A stretch of DNA of 64,000 bases from the NCBI GenBank assembly GCA_964247055.1, contig OZ176053.1:12028001-12092000 (forward strand), read 5' to 3'. This document shows, in pieces, positions 26,795 to 41,108 of this stretch. This stretch comes from Paragordius varius. Its lineage: Eukaryota; Animalia; Nematomorpha. The stretch's first letter is position 1; every line of letters begins with the position of its first letter. The position numbers and the translations under genes were made by a program. The notes under the pieces are model-generated. The model had not been told where the DNA came from and searched no databases. It saw only the letters and a program-made list of their open reading frames with translations.

Positions 26795-27572
26795 AACTGA
26801 TGCACTTGTTGATAGAAAGTCAGCATCCAAAAATTTAGAGTCAAAACATGCCACGGACTGAGTTGATATTGTGTAATTAGCATAAATTGATATTGGGTCT
26901 GATATTAGGAGTTGTTTGGTATTGGGTGCGCAAAATATATAAACATTTGATTTTTTACCTAATGAGACTTATAATGAGGCCCATTTATAATTAAACTTTA
27001 ATATATTTTTATGAGAAAAGACAAATTATCGTACACAATCATTTTCAACGAGTATACATTGAATACGCTATTAGGGAATGATTTTTGATATAACTTCTAT
27101 TTTATATTATAAACATGATTAATGTCGATAATATCATGATTAATTTAAAGTGCTGATAGATTTAGTATATTTAGATATGCGTGATAAATAGAAACAGAAA
27201 TTCATCAAAACTTCAAATTGGATTCTTATAATATATTATAATAGAATTTCACCATTTCAATTTTTCCTTTTATATCGTATTTAGCGCATGGAAATTTTCT
27301 TATAAATAACTGGTTTTTGTAAAAACAAATTTAAAAAAATAAAATAAACGAAAATATTTTAACAGCTTAAAACATAAGTTAAATAATGGTTTATATCAAG
27401 GCTGTCGCGACCGCATATGGGGTCGCATAACAAAATTTTGGGGTCGCGAGTAATAAAAATATAATTTAACAAAAAAGTTTTTTAACTTGTAAAGTTATTA
27501 TTATAAAAAATAACAATCATCGTAGATAAATATATCTAAAATGTGGTTCGGAAAGGCGTTCATACCAGCTTT

Positions 27573-28050
27573 TCCTATATATTCGTAAAAATAGAATATG
27601 CTCGGTTTGTGATCTGTTTCCGGAAAACCGGTAAACCCATTAAAATCCAAATATCAAAAAAATATAATCATTAATGCATTCCCCGACAATAGCTTAGCTC
27701 TTTTTTGAATTAGGCCCTCAGTTCGGGCCTGAAAACAGAAGTCCACAAAAATCGTGTCTTTGAGACAATTTTCCGGGAAATGTGTTGCACCATTTGATTT
27801 CAAATATGATTATATTTACTTTTTTTCGATTGCGCCGAACCTAGTCGGCTTACTATTTTAATTTAGGCTCTCTTTTTCCCCGTTCCCCCTTAAAATGCCA
27901 TTTTTTTCAAATAAAACTAAATAATTTTTTGCCCAGGATATGAGACCGTTAAAATTCACTGAGGACGAGTTATCCTCTGTTAAAAGGATAAATTTTAGTT
28001 TTGCGTTTTTTTAATATTGGCTGCTGGGTAAACAGATAACCGCTAAAACT
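27573..28050 (+). mobile_element. 5' part (one internal unit) of the Helitron found complete at 60564-61639
   Basis: Starts TCCTATATATTCGTAAAAATAGAATATGCTCGGTTTGTGATC, similar to the Helitron 5' end. The body is the reverse complement of ~61110-61610. No CTAG/hairpin 3' end. Confidence 0.7.
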
Positions 28051-28655
28051 GGGCCATAGAAAATGCGTTGTTTTGGAGCTAATTTACAGAATATTTATGA
28101 AGCCAAGCTCATCAAAAGCTTATATTACTGGTAATTAGGTAAAAATTGAGGTCGTTTGGGACCTTTTGCCCTAAAACTCCATCGTATAACCATTATTTAG
28201 TGTTGAGGTATTTTTTTGGAATTACCCATGAGACGATTAAAAATATGAATATAATTTGCTACTACGTCGAGAGCGCACTGTTCAATTTAGGAAATCAGTT
28301 AGATGTTATCATTAAATTAGAATAGATTTTTAGTTTAGAATGGAAACACCCTAAAAGACTGCTCTGTTTAACCATTTTATATATAGGAAAGGAACATTTA
28401 TATTATTTAGGGGTACGATAAAGAAAAGAGGACAATGAATGAGAAAATTGGGTATACTTTAAAGCGTATCTAGATATTCTATTTTTTCTAAATTAACTGT
28501 GACAGCTTTTTTTCAGGAGTAGAATAAAATGGAACTATCATTTTTTGTCCAAAAATGATAAATTTTCATTGAAAAGGTTTCCAATGAAAAATACAATTTA
28601 CAGGGTTTTATAATATAACATATGGATAACATTTTACTACTAAATACAGGTGAAA

Positions 28656-31600
28656 ATGCACAATTCACTCCTAAAAAATTATAATGAAAAAAGTTTGCTC
28701 TGTAAAAACAATTGCGGATTTTATGGTAACCAAGCGTGGAATGGATATTGCTCTAAATGCTATCGAGACTATAATAAAACTTTGGAAATATTAGCCTTGC
28801 AGGAAAAAACCAATAATCTATCTTTGAATGTTGCGTCAGACAAATCTCAGGAACAACTCAATAATTCACTTGCATCCACCCTACCGAATTTAAATAAATT
28901 TTATTCATTTTTTCCCATATCATCTCCTTCATCTGAGTATAAAAATTTTGATAGCTCTATCCTTAAACTTACTATCCGTGGGTTATCATTAAATGATGCG
29001 GCCAATGAAAGTCTGGCTGACCTAAATAACTTTCTACAACCCTTACATAATAGCAAAACTATATTAAGCGATATACGGAAACAATTACAATCATTTATGC
29101 AAACACTATGGAATAAACTATCCTCATACACCCCAAACGAAATTGACACTATCGATGATAACCTTTCCAATTTAACCCTTGATTTTTACAATTACATGTA
29201 TGAAAGAATGAATCATAACACCATTTATAAAAGTATATTGTCTTGATTATTTGTTTACACTAAATAAATGTTTAAAATTAAGGTTTTTTTAAATTCCCTT
29301 TTTAAAATTATTTGTAAATGCACACAATATAATTGTTGATTTTTTCGTAAATTATAATTTACATGAAAAATATAATTTTAAGATATACTTAGCAAAAATA
29401 AAAATTTTGAATTATTACAGTCAAAGTTTGTTACATGTACGTAATAGAAATGATAGCGGGTAATTAAATAAAATGTTTAAATAATCCAAATCTGATAATA
29501 GATTTATCCCATGCCCAAATCGAAGCCATTATGGATTTTTTGGAAAAATTTATTTTTTTGGCTCTTTATCAAGACATTTTCCACGCCATTTCATCCAAGG
29601 AGGAAATTAAGGATTTAGAAATACAGGAGAAAATCCGACAACTTTTGCCATGGTTTTGTGACCATTTGCTCGAAGATTTCGGTATTGATGAGAATGAACT
29701 TGAAATACAAGATTTCATTGACCAAGCTATTACAGGTTATAATAAGAAACTTAATTTTGGGAAAATTTCTTTTTAAAATTATTTTTTATTTTTTCATTAT
29801 CTTACTAGATACAATAATCCTACAAGTTTTTATTTAATATATGCACAATCGTTATTTTTTGAATGAACAATCGATTGATTGAGATTATTTTATAAAGTTT
29901 GCTTTTAATGATCAGTTAACTTGGGCGAAATATATTTACTTGAAAACTATGTTATAAATGTTATTAAATATTTTTTTGATTTTTTAACGTTATTAATTAC
30001 ATATAATATAGGCAATTCAAATATTTTTGCCCAATGTTTAAATATGTAGATATTAGATTCCAAATATTTTGGTACATTTATATTTTGTTTTCCCCCAAAT
30101 TATTTTATTAAGATTTTAACAAAAATATGTTATTATTACTGAAATTAATAATTTAATCCAAAATTGGTACATTTCTTAAGTTTTTTCATCAATATACTCA
30201 TAGATATCATTGAAATGAATGCACGGAAAACACCTCAACAGAAATTACACTGTGTTTATCGCTGTTCAAAACAAATATTTTCCATGCTTTCAAGGCACAA
30301 TCAAAATAGTTTACATCGGAAAACCCCAGACCTTTCCAATACTAATCACAATGATATTAGCAACAAAAATTTATTAGGCTCAAATCTCATGGTAAATACA
30401 ATTATTATATTTTGTTTTTAATGCTTTGATTAAAGTTCTCGATATATCTATCAATTTTTTAATTCCGCTCATACAGACTATCTAATTCAATTTCGATTAT
30501 CATAAGTCTATTTTATTTCACATTATATTATTGATTAATTATGAGACTAATAAACATTGTATGTTTTTGATAATTCTATATTTAGTGACAACCTTTTTTT
30601 GTTCACGCCCCAACAATTTCAAAATAAAAATTTTTGCACCATCTAAAAAAATCAAAATAAAAATGTAATAATTAAATATTCCAATCAATGAGATTCTTAT
30701 ATCTGCATTTTTTGAAATTTTTTCCATATCGGTGACAAATCTTGATAATTCCTACCTGAAATTCTTCAAATTGCTTCCCAAATTTTTCTACGCCCTCTTT
30801 TGGGAACCACTGATCTAATATATCTACTGTATGTTTTTGCAAAAAAAATTTCGAAGTTAATTTTTTTAAGTTTTTGTGTTTAAAGTGTATAATCCTATCA
30901 TATATGTAAGTTGATTAAATTCGCAAAGCTATCTTTATAATTTTGAGTTTTTAGCATAATGTTAACACACTTAGGTTTCTGGTTGGTTAGGGACATTATC
31001 TATAATTGAGACTCAAAAAAATATTAAACCATAAATTATGATAAAACTAGTCCCCTATGATAATCAAATTTCAAATCTCCCTGGGTATATTAAAGTTGGT
31101 TTTTTTTAATTTTCTGGGTAAATTTGAATCCTTTGACGCGTTGGTTTTTTATATTTTGTAACAATTTTTTCAATAGTTTATGGTTTGGGAGTACGTTTAA
31201 TACACCTATGCTTTTCACTGCTATATGTATTCCCCCAAATTAATCACAATTATATTATTAGAATTCTTACATTTAAAGTCTTTTTGATTTGACATTTTAT
31301 TGACATATAAATTGATATGACCTACCAACGATTTTTACTGCTGATATACATTGAATATTCTATTTTGTTTCGCAGAAAGACGAGTCTGATAACAAAGCAG
31401 CTCTACACCTTGTACATTCCAAAACAACCGCAAACACAAATTTACCCAATGAAAATAATTCCTCTATGAGTTCATTGGAGGATTTTAAATTTTTACACAG
31501 TAATGGTGGCATTGTGACAAATAATCCCTCAACAATGTCATCGGCACTTCTTTTAGATTTTGAGACTGAGGACGAACAAAATTCTAAAAGTTTAAATGTC

Positions 31601-32414
31601 AACGCCGCCTTTTCCGATAGCAATGATGAAATAAACTTAGATTCATATCCAAATAGTAACAACAATAATAATGCCAGTAGCAGTAATGAAGAAAGAGAAA
31701 TTACTACCAGCCAAAACTCTAACAAAACAATCGCTAGTAAAAAATGTGCGGACCCCAATAGTTCAGGTAGAAAAAGTCGGTCTTTAACCACGAGCGCTGA
31801 TGAATTTTTACCTGCTCTCATATATGTTATCATTAAGGCTAATCCACCCATGATTTACAGTAACATGATTTATGTCAGTAAATTTTGTTATCCTAACCGT
31901 TTGTTACGGGGTGAAGCTGGATACTATTTCACCAATCTTGTAAGTTTTAAATGTTACATTTTTTTATCTCTTATTTTAATAAACACTTTTTTGTTAACGT
32001 TCAAACATTATTTAGTGTTGTGCAATCTCTTTCATTCAAAATTTGGCGGCAGAAACGCTCAATATGTCTCAAGCCGAATTCGATGCCAAAATGAACCATG
32101 AAAATAGTGGTGGAGGAATTGCTTCCTATGATCAGAATGGGAATTGTAATTCTCTCTCATCTGTACCTCCGCAACAGAAACTACCTTGGCCCGAAGAAGT
32201 TTTGATGGAAAAATTGAGGACAACACGAATAGAAGATTTACTCCTCCCCGATTTTGAGGAAAGGAATGGGGCCATTCCGGCCTTGGATAATTTGATTGCC
32301 CGGCAAAAAGCGATTGTGCTTGAAAATGAAGCCCTTAACAATAATCTCGATGAGTTTGAGGTCCGTATGACAGAAAAAATACGACAAGCCTACGAAGGCA
32401 CTACATCATTGTAG
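28656..32414 (+). CDS. RABGEF1: Rab5 GDP/GTP exchange factor Rabex-5 (exons 28656-29232, 29502-29735, 30204-30391, 31376-31939, 32016-32414; ~653 aa)
   Basis: N-terminal A20 zinc finger [22 protein letters not shown]; helical bundle; VPS9 motifs [34 protein letters not shown] and [10 protein letters not shown]|CCAISFI; C-terminal coiled coil. Junctions keep frame. Confidence 0.95.
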
Positions 32415-32932
32415 CTACACATGAGTCAGGGTGGTGAATGTGTTTTTTTGGTGCAAACATGGAATTATATATTTTTGAGAATGTTTCTCTGTGTATAATC
32501 ACTTTAAATTATTTTATAATTGGATACAGTCTATATACTTATAGATTTAGAAATTTATATTAAAAGAATAATATATTTATATAATATTTTTTAACATTTT
32601 TGAGGGTGACGAATCAATAATAAATATATTAACAAATGTTGGGAATTGATAAGGGTATGTATATCAATTATAAAAAATGGATTTTTTTTATTTACCATAA
32701 TTTGTTATAGCTTGAGTTGGACGATATGGGTAACGTAAGTTGAAGAACTATTTTTGGCACGGTACTGCTTTGTTAAAAGTTGTTGCTTTTTGCATCGGCG
32801 ATTCTACATTTCATAAAATTTAAATATATTTTTTTAGGCTTTTCAAAAAATTGGAATTTTATACGGTCACCCACTCTTTCTCATCACACCACGCAGAAAA
32901 TGTGGGGGGGGGTATAAATATCATTCCTGATG

Positions 32933-32956
32933 ATATATATATATATATATATATAT
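32933..32956. repeat. (AT)12 microsatellite
   Basis: Directly visible. Other (AT)n runs lie at 47761-47788, 59582-59616 and 62039-62068. Confidence 0.95.
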
Positions 32957-33858
32957 CATTGGGATTTTCATGGTGCTTTTGGTTTCAGGATTTTCGAGCG
33001 ATATAAGAAATTTATTTGTACATTTGTGGTATTGGATGGATATTGTAATGCAAAATAACACTTTATTTGATAAAAAAATTTTTTTGGTATATGCTAATAT
33101 TCCAATAAATATCCTTAAAATATACAAAATAATTATGTTTAAAAACTTTATAAAACTACAATTTTTAGATGTCGGCTCCAAACTTAAATTGCCCTTGGGT
33201 AAAATGGGTTAGTTCTTTTAAATTTTATGCAAAATAATTCTCATATATATGCTAGATTATGGCATCAGGGTATAAAATATCTTAATGAAACATATATATT
33301 CTTAGATAAATGTATCCATGATGCTTTTTGCCCGGCTTAAGTATATCCACAAGATAGTTTTTTCCACTTCTAGGATAATTGCTCGATATAGTAAAATCGC
33401 AAAATTAGCTCACATTATGCTAAATAGATTTATGTATTCCAAATAATAGGATTACATTCAGTGAACATTTCATATAAATACCAATCACATATTTTTTGAT
33501 ATATGCCCGTATAATAAAAGAAGTTTTAACGTCATGATATAATGTTCGAATTAATGATAATATATGTTTTATGTATTAGTAATTAGTAGTGTCTCAATTT
33601 ATGGCAAAATTTTTATTAGCTCGTAATGAGCCGTTTAGTTTAGTGCTACATTTAAAAACGTTAACATAAGTTTACAAAATTTTAGATGTGAGCCCTCTAA
33701 AATGGACTAGTTTTATCATATGCTAAAATTTAGCCATTATTTTAATATATGCTTAAAAATAAATTTAAAAAATGCTTACTTTTTTCAAAATATAATTGCA
33801 TATGAGGCGAGTTTTATGGGATTTTAAAGCATGGTGCAAATACGTGAAATCCTAAAGC

Positions 33859-36225
33859 CAGTGGTACTCACCAAAAAAATTTGACTGGCCAAATAAAATA
33901 TTTTTTTTTCGCCATGAACCTTATAATGGCTTTTCCATAGCTTGTCACATATGCACATATTTATAATCTAAATTAGCACAATGAATTTTTTGCAGATCGC
34001 ATGTAAATCCAGCTAAAAACTCCTTTTGCACCATTTAGTTTAAAAAATTTAAATATTAACATTTATTTTGGTATTAACCAATAATTTTTGACAAATTTTG
34101 TTTCGCCTCGTGACAGGCCAATCTTAATAAGTCGTCCATTTGATCATAGCGATTTCTGTATATTCTTGGCATACCTCATTTTTGAATATGCCGTCTCACA
34201 CGTGTAAGTTGAGGAAAAAACAGTTAGGATAATTTGAGCACATTTTTTTATATTTTCATATTTATTTGGCAAGTCTTGCCAAAACCTGTCTACGATTTTC
34301 CTTGAATATAGCCTCCAAATTGGAATTTTTAAAATCTACGAATTCTTCGATATGCACCTGATCAAAACCGAAACGCTCAAGTTACTTAATATTGGATATA
34401 TCCATATGCCATGGATTTTTAACGAGTTAGCAATTTTTAATATTTCTTGATTCTTGAAATCTGAATTTCATCTCATTAGTTGAAAATGTTAAATGATTGT
34501 CTATTATAAAATTAATCTCCGCGGTAAATTCCATAATTTTTTTGTGTTCGAAAATATAGGAGTGTTTTATTCATAAAATCTTCAATATATATTTTAAATT
34601 TTTCTACAAAAGCATATATTTGATTAGCAAACCTTGACTTATATCAAAAATAAGTTTATAAGTACTGTCGCAAAGGTAGTCTAATAAAACCCCCCATTTG
34701 TCGAAATTAATTTCCTGGTCAAACTTTATGTTATCTTTTATAAATAATAGGAATAAAAAATCTATTTAATACTTTTCTAAGGCTTAGTCATCTCACAGCG
34801 CTGTACAAAAGAATATCATCAAACTGTGGACATCTTTCAGAAGGTTTTTAAATTTGCGGTGGCTGAATTCTCTGCCACGGATGTTAGCTATATCCACAAT
34901 CTTTTCCATTTCTTTTACACGCGAAACCAAGTATTGCTGACGAATAAAGCAGCGAAAGGATAAGATATTTTGCCAATTATTTGTTTTTCAAAAGAGGAAT
35001 AAATCCTTTGTTTATTCCAATCATAGGGGACAGCCATCTGTGCAGATCGAAACCAATTTTTTCATAAATTTACCATTATTATCGAAAAAATGCTAATTAT
35101 TTCGAGAAAATCATTTCCTTTCATGGTATTATCCGTTGGTAAAATTTTTACTATTCCTCGTTGATAATGTCATTGAGGTTATGAACACTGTGCTAAAATC
35201 AAGAGCAGTACCAAAATATTTGCAGTTATTCAGAGCAAATATATTGTTCAAAATATATTTAGACATATCTTCAATGCGTCCAGCACATTTTAAATCAGAA
35301 ATTTGAAGTTTTTAATTTGCCTCATGATTTGATCTTTATTATGTAATTTATCAAAAAAAGTGCAATTTATTAGACATTCATTTATTAGTTGGGAATCAGT
35401 AAACGGTTTATTTTTCTAAAATATAGCAAATTTTATACGAACCTAATGTTACAGCTTTTTTCTGAGAGAAAGCCATGGACATAATAGATTTTCCTTTCTG
35501 ATATAATTCCTTAATCTTTTTACATTTTTCGTTGTTTTCCTCATGATTTTCTGGTAATTTATGAAAATTATGGATTGTAAAATGTCTTTCAATATTGTAT
35601 GTTTTTCTATATGTTGTCCTTACATATAAGGCAGTTAACAACATTTTTATTTAAAACGACAAAGAATTTTTCTTCCCATTCTTTTTTAATTGAGCGATTT
35701 TCATCTGATAATTTACGTTTTTCAGCATTAGATGCATTCATTGAATTTATGTTTAAATATTATGTAAATTTTTTCAAAAAAATGGGAATATAATTTGAAT
35801 TATGCTATAAAAAACAGGTGAAAATTGTTGATTCGGAAAATATATTATGGGAATGAGTTATAAAAATGATGCAGAATAGCAATGAAAAGATTATGTATAT
35901 GTAAGTTTGGGTGAAAGGCTTGCTTAAACACAAAAGAAGGTAATAAAAATTTCTAAATAGATAAGAAAATAGAATCAGAAACAGAAACAATGTGAGCCAA
36001 ATTGAAATCATTTTAATGTAGGAGAATTTTTCTGCATTTTAAATTGGGTAAAAAATAAAAAATACCAAAATTAAATGTAAAGAAAATAATATTAAAATAA
36101 GGGATATGTTTATGTGTATTATAAAAATTGATAAAAATAATTTAAATATTAATAAGGTCATAGGGCAATTTTAAAGCACTCTTAGGGCCGCATGCGGCCC
36201 GCGGGCCGCGGTTTGAGTATCACTG
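33859..36225 (-). mobile_element. hAT (SPIN/Buster-like) relic, copy 2, with both TIRs
   Basis: CAGTGGTACTCAC at 33859 and GTTTGAGTATCACTG ending at 36225. Degraded transposase homologous to copy 1. No clean 8-bp TSD. Confidence 0.85.
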
Positions 36226-38544
36226 CTCTAAATCATCACAATGAATTTTTTGCGGATCGCATGTACCAGCTGAAAACTCGTTTTGCATCATTTAGTTAAA
36301 AAAATTAAAATATTTTGCTAACAACATTTTTTAGATATTAACCAATAACTTTTGACAAATTTGGTTTCGCCTCATGTCAGGCCACTCTTAATACGTCGTC
36401 CATATGATATTCGGTTAAGCGATTTCTATATGTATTCTTGACATACTTTATTTTTGAATATGCCGTCTCACACGTGTAAGTGGATGGAAAAACAGTTAGG
36501 ATTACTTGAACACATTTTTTTATTTTTTCATATTTATTTGGCACCCAAAACTCTACGCATCTTTCTTCTCTACGATTCTCCTTAAATATAGCCTACAAAT
36601 TGGAATATTTTTTTAAAATCTACAAATTCTTCAATGATATGCGCCTGATCAAAACCGCAATGCTCAAGATGCTTATATCCATATGCCATGGATTTTCAAT
36701 TCAACTTTTTTTAATATTTCTTAATTCTTGAAATCTGAAATCCATCTAATTAGGTAATAATGTTAAATCATTGTCAATTATTAAATTAATATCCGCGGTC
36801 ATATTTTCTTCATGAATCGTTTTAAGCGTTGGAAAATATAGGTGTTTTATTGATAAAATATGATTTATTATTAATTTTTCTTCAAAAAATATTTGATCAG
36901 CTTACTCCCTTGAAGACTTGTAGTAAAAAATACCAAGTATTTAAGTAATGTCGCCAAGGTAGGCTAATAAAATCCAACATTTGTTAATATTAATTTCCTC
37001 GTCAAACTTTGTGTTATCTTTTATAAATAATAGAAGTTCATGTAAAAAAATCTATTTAATACTTTGGTAAAGCTTAGTCATCTTACAGCGGTGTACAAAG
37101 AATATCATCAAACTCACTGTGGATATCTTTCAGAAAGCTTTAGAATTTACGGAGGTTGCCACGGATGTGGTTTACTATATCCACAACCGTTTTAATTACA
37201 GAATTGAGTGATTCATCTTTTACACGCGAAACCAAGTTTTGCTGATGAATAAAGCAGTGAAGGGATAAAATATTTTGCAAATTATAATTTTTTTCCAAAA
37301 GAGGAATCAATAATAGAGGGACAGCCATCTGTGAAGATCGAAACCAAATTCTTCATAGATATACCATTATTATCGAAAAAATCCTTTCGTGGTATAATTC
37401 ATTGGTAAAATTACCCAGTTGATTATGTTGACGTTTTAATATCTTAGGAAGAGCACACATAGAGGTGTTGAACTATTATCAGTGCTAGAGTCAATAGCTA
37501 TACAAAAATATTTGCAGTTTTTCAGAGCCAATAATGTATTGTTAAAATATAGACATATCTTTAATGCTTCGAGCAATGTTGAATCAGAAAGTTAAAGATA
37601 ATTTGCCTCATGATTTGATCTTTATTATGGAATTTATCAAATAAAAAAGTGAAACCATTTATTAGATATTCTTTTATTAGTTGGGAATCACGGTTTGATA
37701 TTGTTTCCTAAAATATAGCGAATTGCATACGAAGCTAATGTTACAGCTTTTTCCTGGGAGAAAGCTATGGACATAATAGATTTTTCTTTCTGGTATAATT
37801 CCTTAATCTATTTATATTTTTCGTTTTTTTCCTATGATTTTCTGATAATTTATGAGAATTATGGATTGTAAAATGTCTTTCATTATTGTATTTTTTACAA
37901 TTATGTTGTCCTTACATATAAGGCAGGTAACAACATTTTTCTTTAAAACGAAAGAATTTTTCTTCCCAATATTTTTTAAAAGAGCGATTTTCATCAGATA
38001 ATATACGTTTTTTAGCATTAGATGTCATCCTTTGAATTTATGTTTAAATGTTATATAAATTTTTTCATAAAAATAGGAATATAATTTAAATTTTGCTATA
38101 AAATACAGGTCGAAATTTAATGATGTTGATTTTAAAAATATTTTATGGGAATGAGTTATAAAAAATGAAGCAGGTTAGCAATGAAAAAAATGTGTATATG
38201 CAAGTTTGAGTGAGAGGTTTGCTTAAATACAAAAAAGGAATGCAATAAAAAATTCAAAATAGAAAAGAAAATAAGAATACAGAAACAGAAACAATGTGTG
38301 CCAAAATTTTGAAATTAATCTAATGTAGGGAATTTTTTTTACATTTCAAATTGGGTAAAAAATAAAAATTACCCTTAAATATAAAGAAAATAAATTAATA
38401 TTAAAATAAGCGAAAATTCGGTTATCTGTATTATAAAAATTCATCAATTAAAAAAATATAAAAGCATAAATATGGTCATGGTACAATTGTAAAACACTCT
38501 TAGGGCCGCATGCAGCCCGCGGGCCGCGGTTTTACCACCGCCTT
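36226..38544 (-). mobile_element. hAT relic, copy 3, directly abutting copy 2
   Basis: [35 protein letters not shown] (37140-37328) and VTCLICKD. Begins at a position homologous to ~33966 of copy 2, and its right-end TIR differs (GGTTTTACCACCGCC). Confidence 0.85.
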
Positions 38545-40333
38545 AAGTTGTCAAAATAAACTTATGAATCGATTATTCTAAACACCATTACTAGAACTTT
38601 ATTATAATATTTGTTTATTTTTAAAAATTATATTAAATATAAATTATTTTCTCCCAAAATTCATACAAATTTATAGCATGCAAACCTTTACCTTAAATTT
38701 ATGAGGTGATAGAAATGCTCGGCATCATTGAATTATGTAGGAAATGTAGTTACGGGATATTTAGACACTGGGGTTTATGGATAAAATTAGGCTAACATCA
38801 GTGTGAATTAACTAAAAAGATTGCAAACAATTTTTGTCTTTTTATTAATGGAATAAAAAATTATGTTAAATATTAGCTTTATAATCAAAATAACCAAAAT
38901 GAAAACGTAAATGTTCTCGATTAGATATGGAGCTTTTTTAAAAAATAAATTTTAGTTGAATTTTTGGCTCATTTATATAATATTTATTAAAAAAGAAGTA
39001 TGAATTCACATTGGAATCATTGATTCAGTAGTTTTTTATTAATATATAAACGGGAAAAATGTTTTTTTAAATTAAAAAAATATTAGTAGTTGGATTTTTT
39101 TTATTTAATATACAACTCCAACAGCAATGTACCATATTTATCGATTTCATACACCGCGAGGGGTAGTGGTATATAAAATCCTGATGAAGTTATATATTGA
39201 AAAAATGTATCAGGATTATAGTGCTTTTTGTAACCACCTTTGTGGTAACACCATATAGGGTAATGGCACCTTTTCTAATTAGATGATGTCAAATTCGTTC
39301 TAGAATTTTAATTTTGAGATATGTTTGCCTTCAAATTTTGGTGAATTTTTGTAGAAACAATTTATGTGTAACAATTTGACGAATATTTTTATCAAATTTC
39401 TAGATAAAGTAATGTTTAGCATTGGTATTTTAGAAAAGGTTCATAATATCTTAGGACTTTTTTATGCCGTTTCCTTTATGCCTCATAAGTATAAAGTAAG
39501 CAACAAAATTTTGCTAAAAATTAAATTTAAATAAAGTAAGTTCTTTAAAAAATATATTTTAAGCTAATATCAAAATTTAGTATATATTTTTTGCGTTTAG
39601 AATTAGCCCATTTTAGAAGAGCGAAAAAACTTGGGGCTGTTAGAGTTTACATCAAAAATTTAAAATTTCATGCAAATATCGTTTGACATATATATTTTTA
39701 ATATATTTAGTGTTTTTTGAATAAAGTTTTTCGCTTTCACCAAAAAATATATTAAAAAATGGCATTTTTTTATTTTTTGATATAGAGCACTTACCAAAAA
39801 AGTGTAAAAAACTTTTAATCACTCGAAGTCAAAACTAAAAGCACCTTGATAGTCCTGATACCATTTCCTATCGGAAATATCTTTCATTAGGATATTTTTT
39901 GTGGACAATGTGTGTATAATTCAATGATCAATTACCTCATTCGAAAAAAATATTCGTTAATTTTCAAATTTTTAATATAAATTGCGCTCTTTTTACATAT
40001 TCACCAAAATTCGAAAGCAAACGAACATTTAAAATTCTGAAGCGATAAAAATGTTGAATCAACGAATTATAAAAAAGTGTGATTTTATAATATTTTAAAA
40101 ACTTTTTATACCATTTTCATTATGCCTCAAAATAGTTTAAAGTACTAATATTGCTAAAGATTAAAAAATTAAAAAATATTCATTATTAAAAAATAATTTT
40201 CATTATTTTAGCATAAATTCAAAATTTTTATCGCTCAATTCGGCAAAAAAAAATTGTGACTTTCAGAGCTCACATCTTAAAATTAAATTTTTAAAAAAAA
40301 TATTTTTTTGCCTATGTGTAGTTATTGGTATAT

Positions 40334-40640
40334 TTAGCACTTCGATTCACTTTGGTATCAAGGCATCCCATTTATTTAAGTTGATATTTAAAAATACCGA
40401 TTATATTAATTTTAATATATGCTTCTATCCTAATAAAAACTATATAATTAAGCCAACATATATTAATAAGATTTAGTTTTGAAAAAAGTTCAATATCAAA
40501 CCAATTGTATGTTATTATATTATATAATTTTTGCAAAATATGGTGTGTATTTGATTCTAATGCTAACCTAATTTTTTATTTAAATTACATCTAACATCGA
40601 TACACAAAAGTGAATTAAAATATCTTTTGAGATAGTTATA
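40334..40640. mobile_element. Truncated, diverged copy of the TTAA MITE
   Basis: TTAGCACTTCGATTCACTTTGGTATC start, and a shared ATGCTTCTATCCTAATAAAA...TTTTGAAAAAAGTTC interior. Confidence 0.5.
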
Positions 40641-41108
40641 TATCTAATTATCCTCATCTCAAATCCCGCCTTTTCCTATAAATTTTAACTAATACAACAG
40701 GTAAAATGTATATTATAGTTAAATATGAGTAGTTAACTTTAAAAAACTTTCAGGCTATCTTAGTAGCAAAAACATTTATTTCAATTTAAATATCAAATGT
40801 TCGTTTCATTTACTAAAGCTTCTGGCCTCTAGAAGTCCCAAAACTGTAAAAAATATGAGCTCTTTTATCCAATACATGATAATTAAATTTTAACTGAAAT
40901 AACCTCCAAAAATATATTTTATTTGCAAAATCGAGCTCTGGGGTATAAAACTAGCCCAAAGGTAAATTTCGACAAAAAATTGTTAAAGGGATCTTTTTTA
41001 TACATTTCGGTGCATCAATGTTATGAAGTGCAAACTTCTGCAGAGGTTTCAATTTATTCCATGTTTTTAGACATTTTTGATTTAGTACAGGTTAGCGTCC
41101 CCAAAGTA

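Noticed and set aside
27407-27450. GTCGCGACC / GGGGTCGC motifs resembling a hAT subterminal end; also GGGAACCACTG near 30813
   Set aside because: Only one end is visible in each case, with no TSD; too short to call.
39170-39900. Weak inverted similarity (CCTGATGAAG...TCAGGAT region versus ~39830-39890) and a CTGATGA hammerhead-like word
   Set aside because: Too degenerate to bound as an element, and no stem II/GAAA/stem III geometry. The CTGATGA words at 32927, 57208 and 5963-5969 (minus) also fail.
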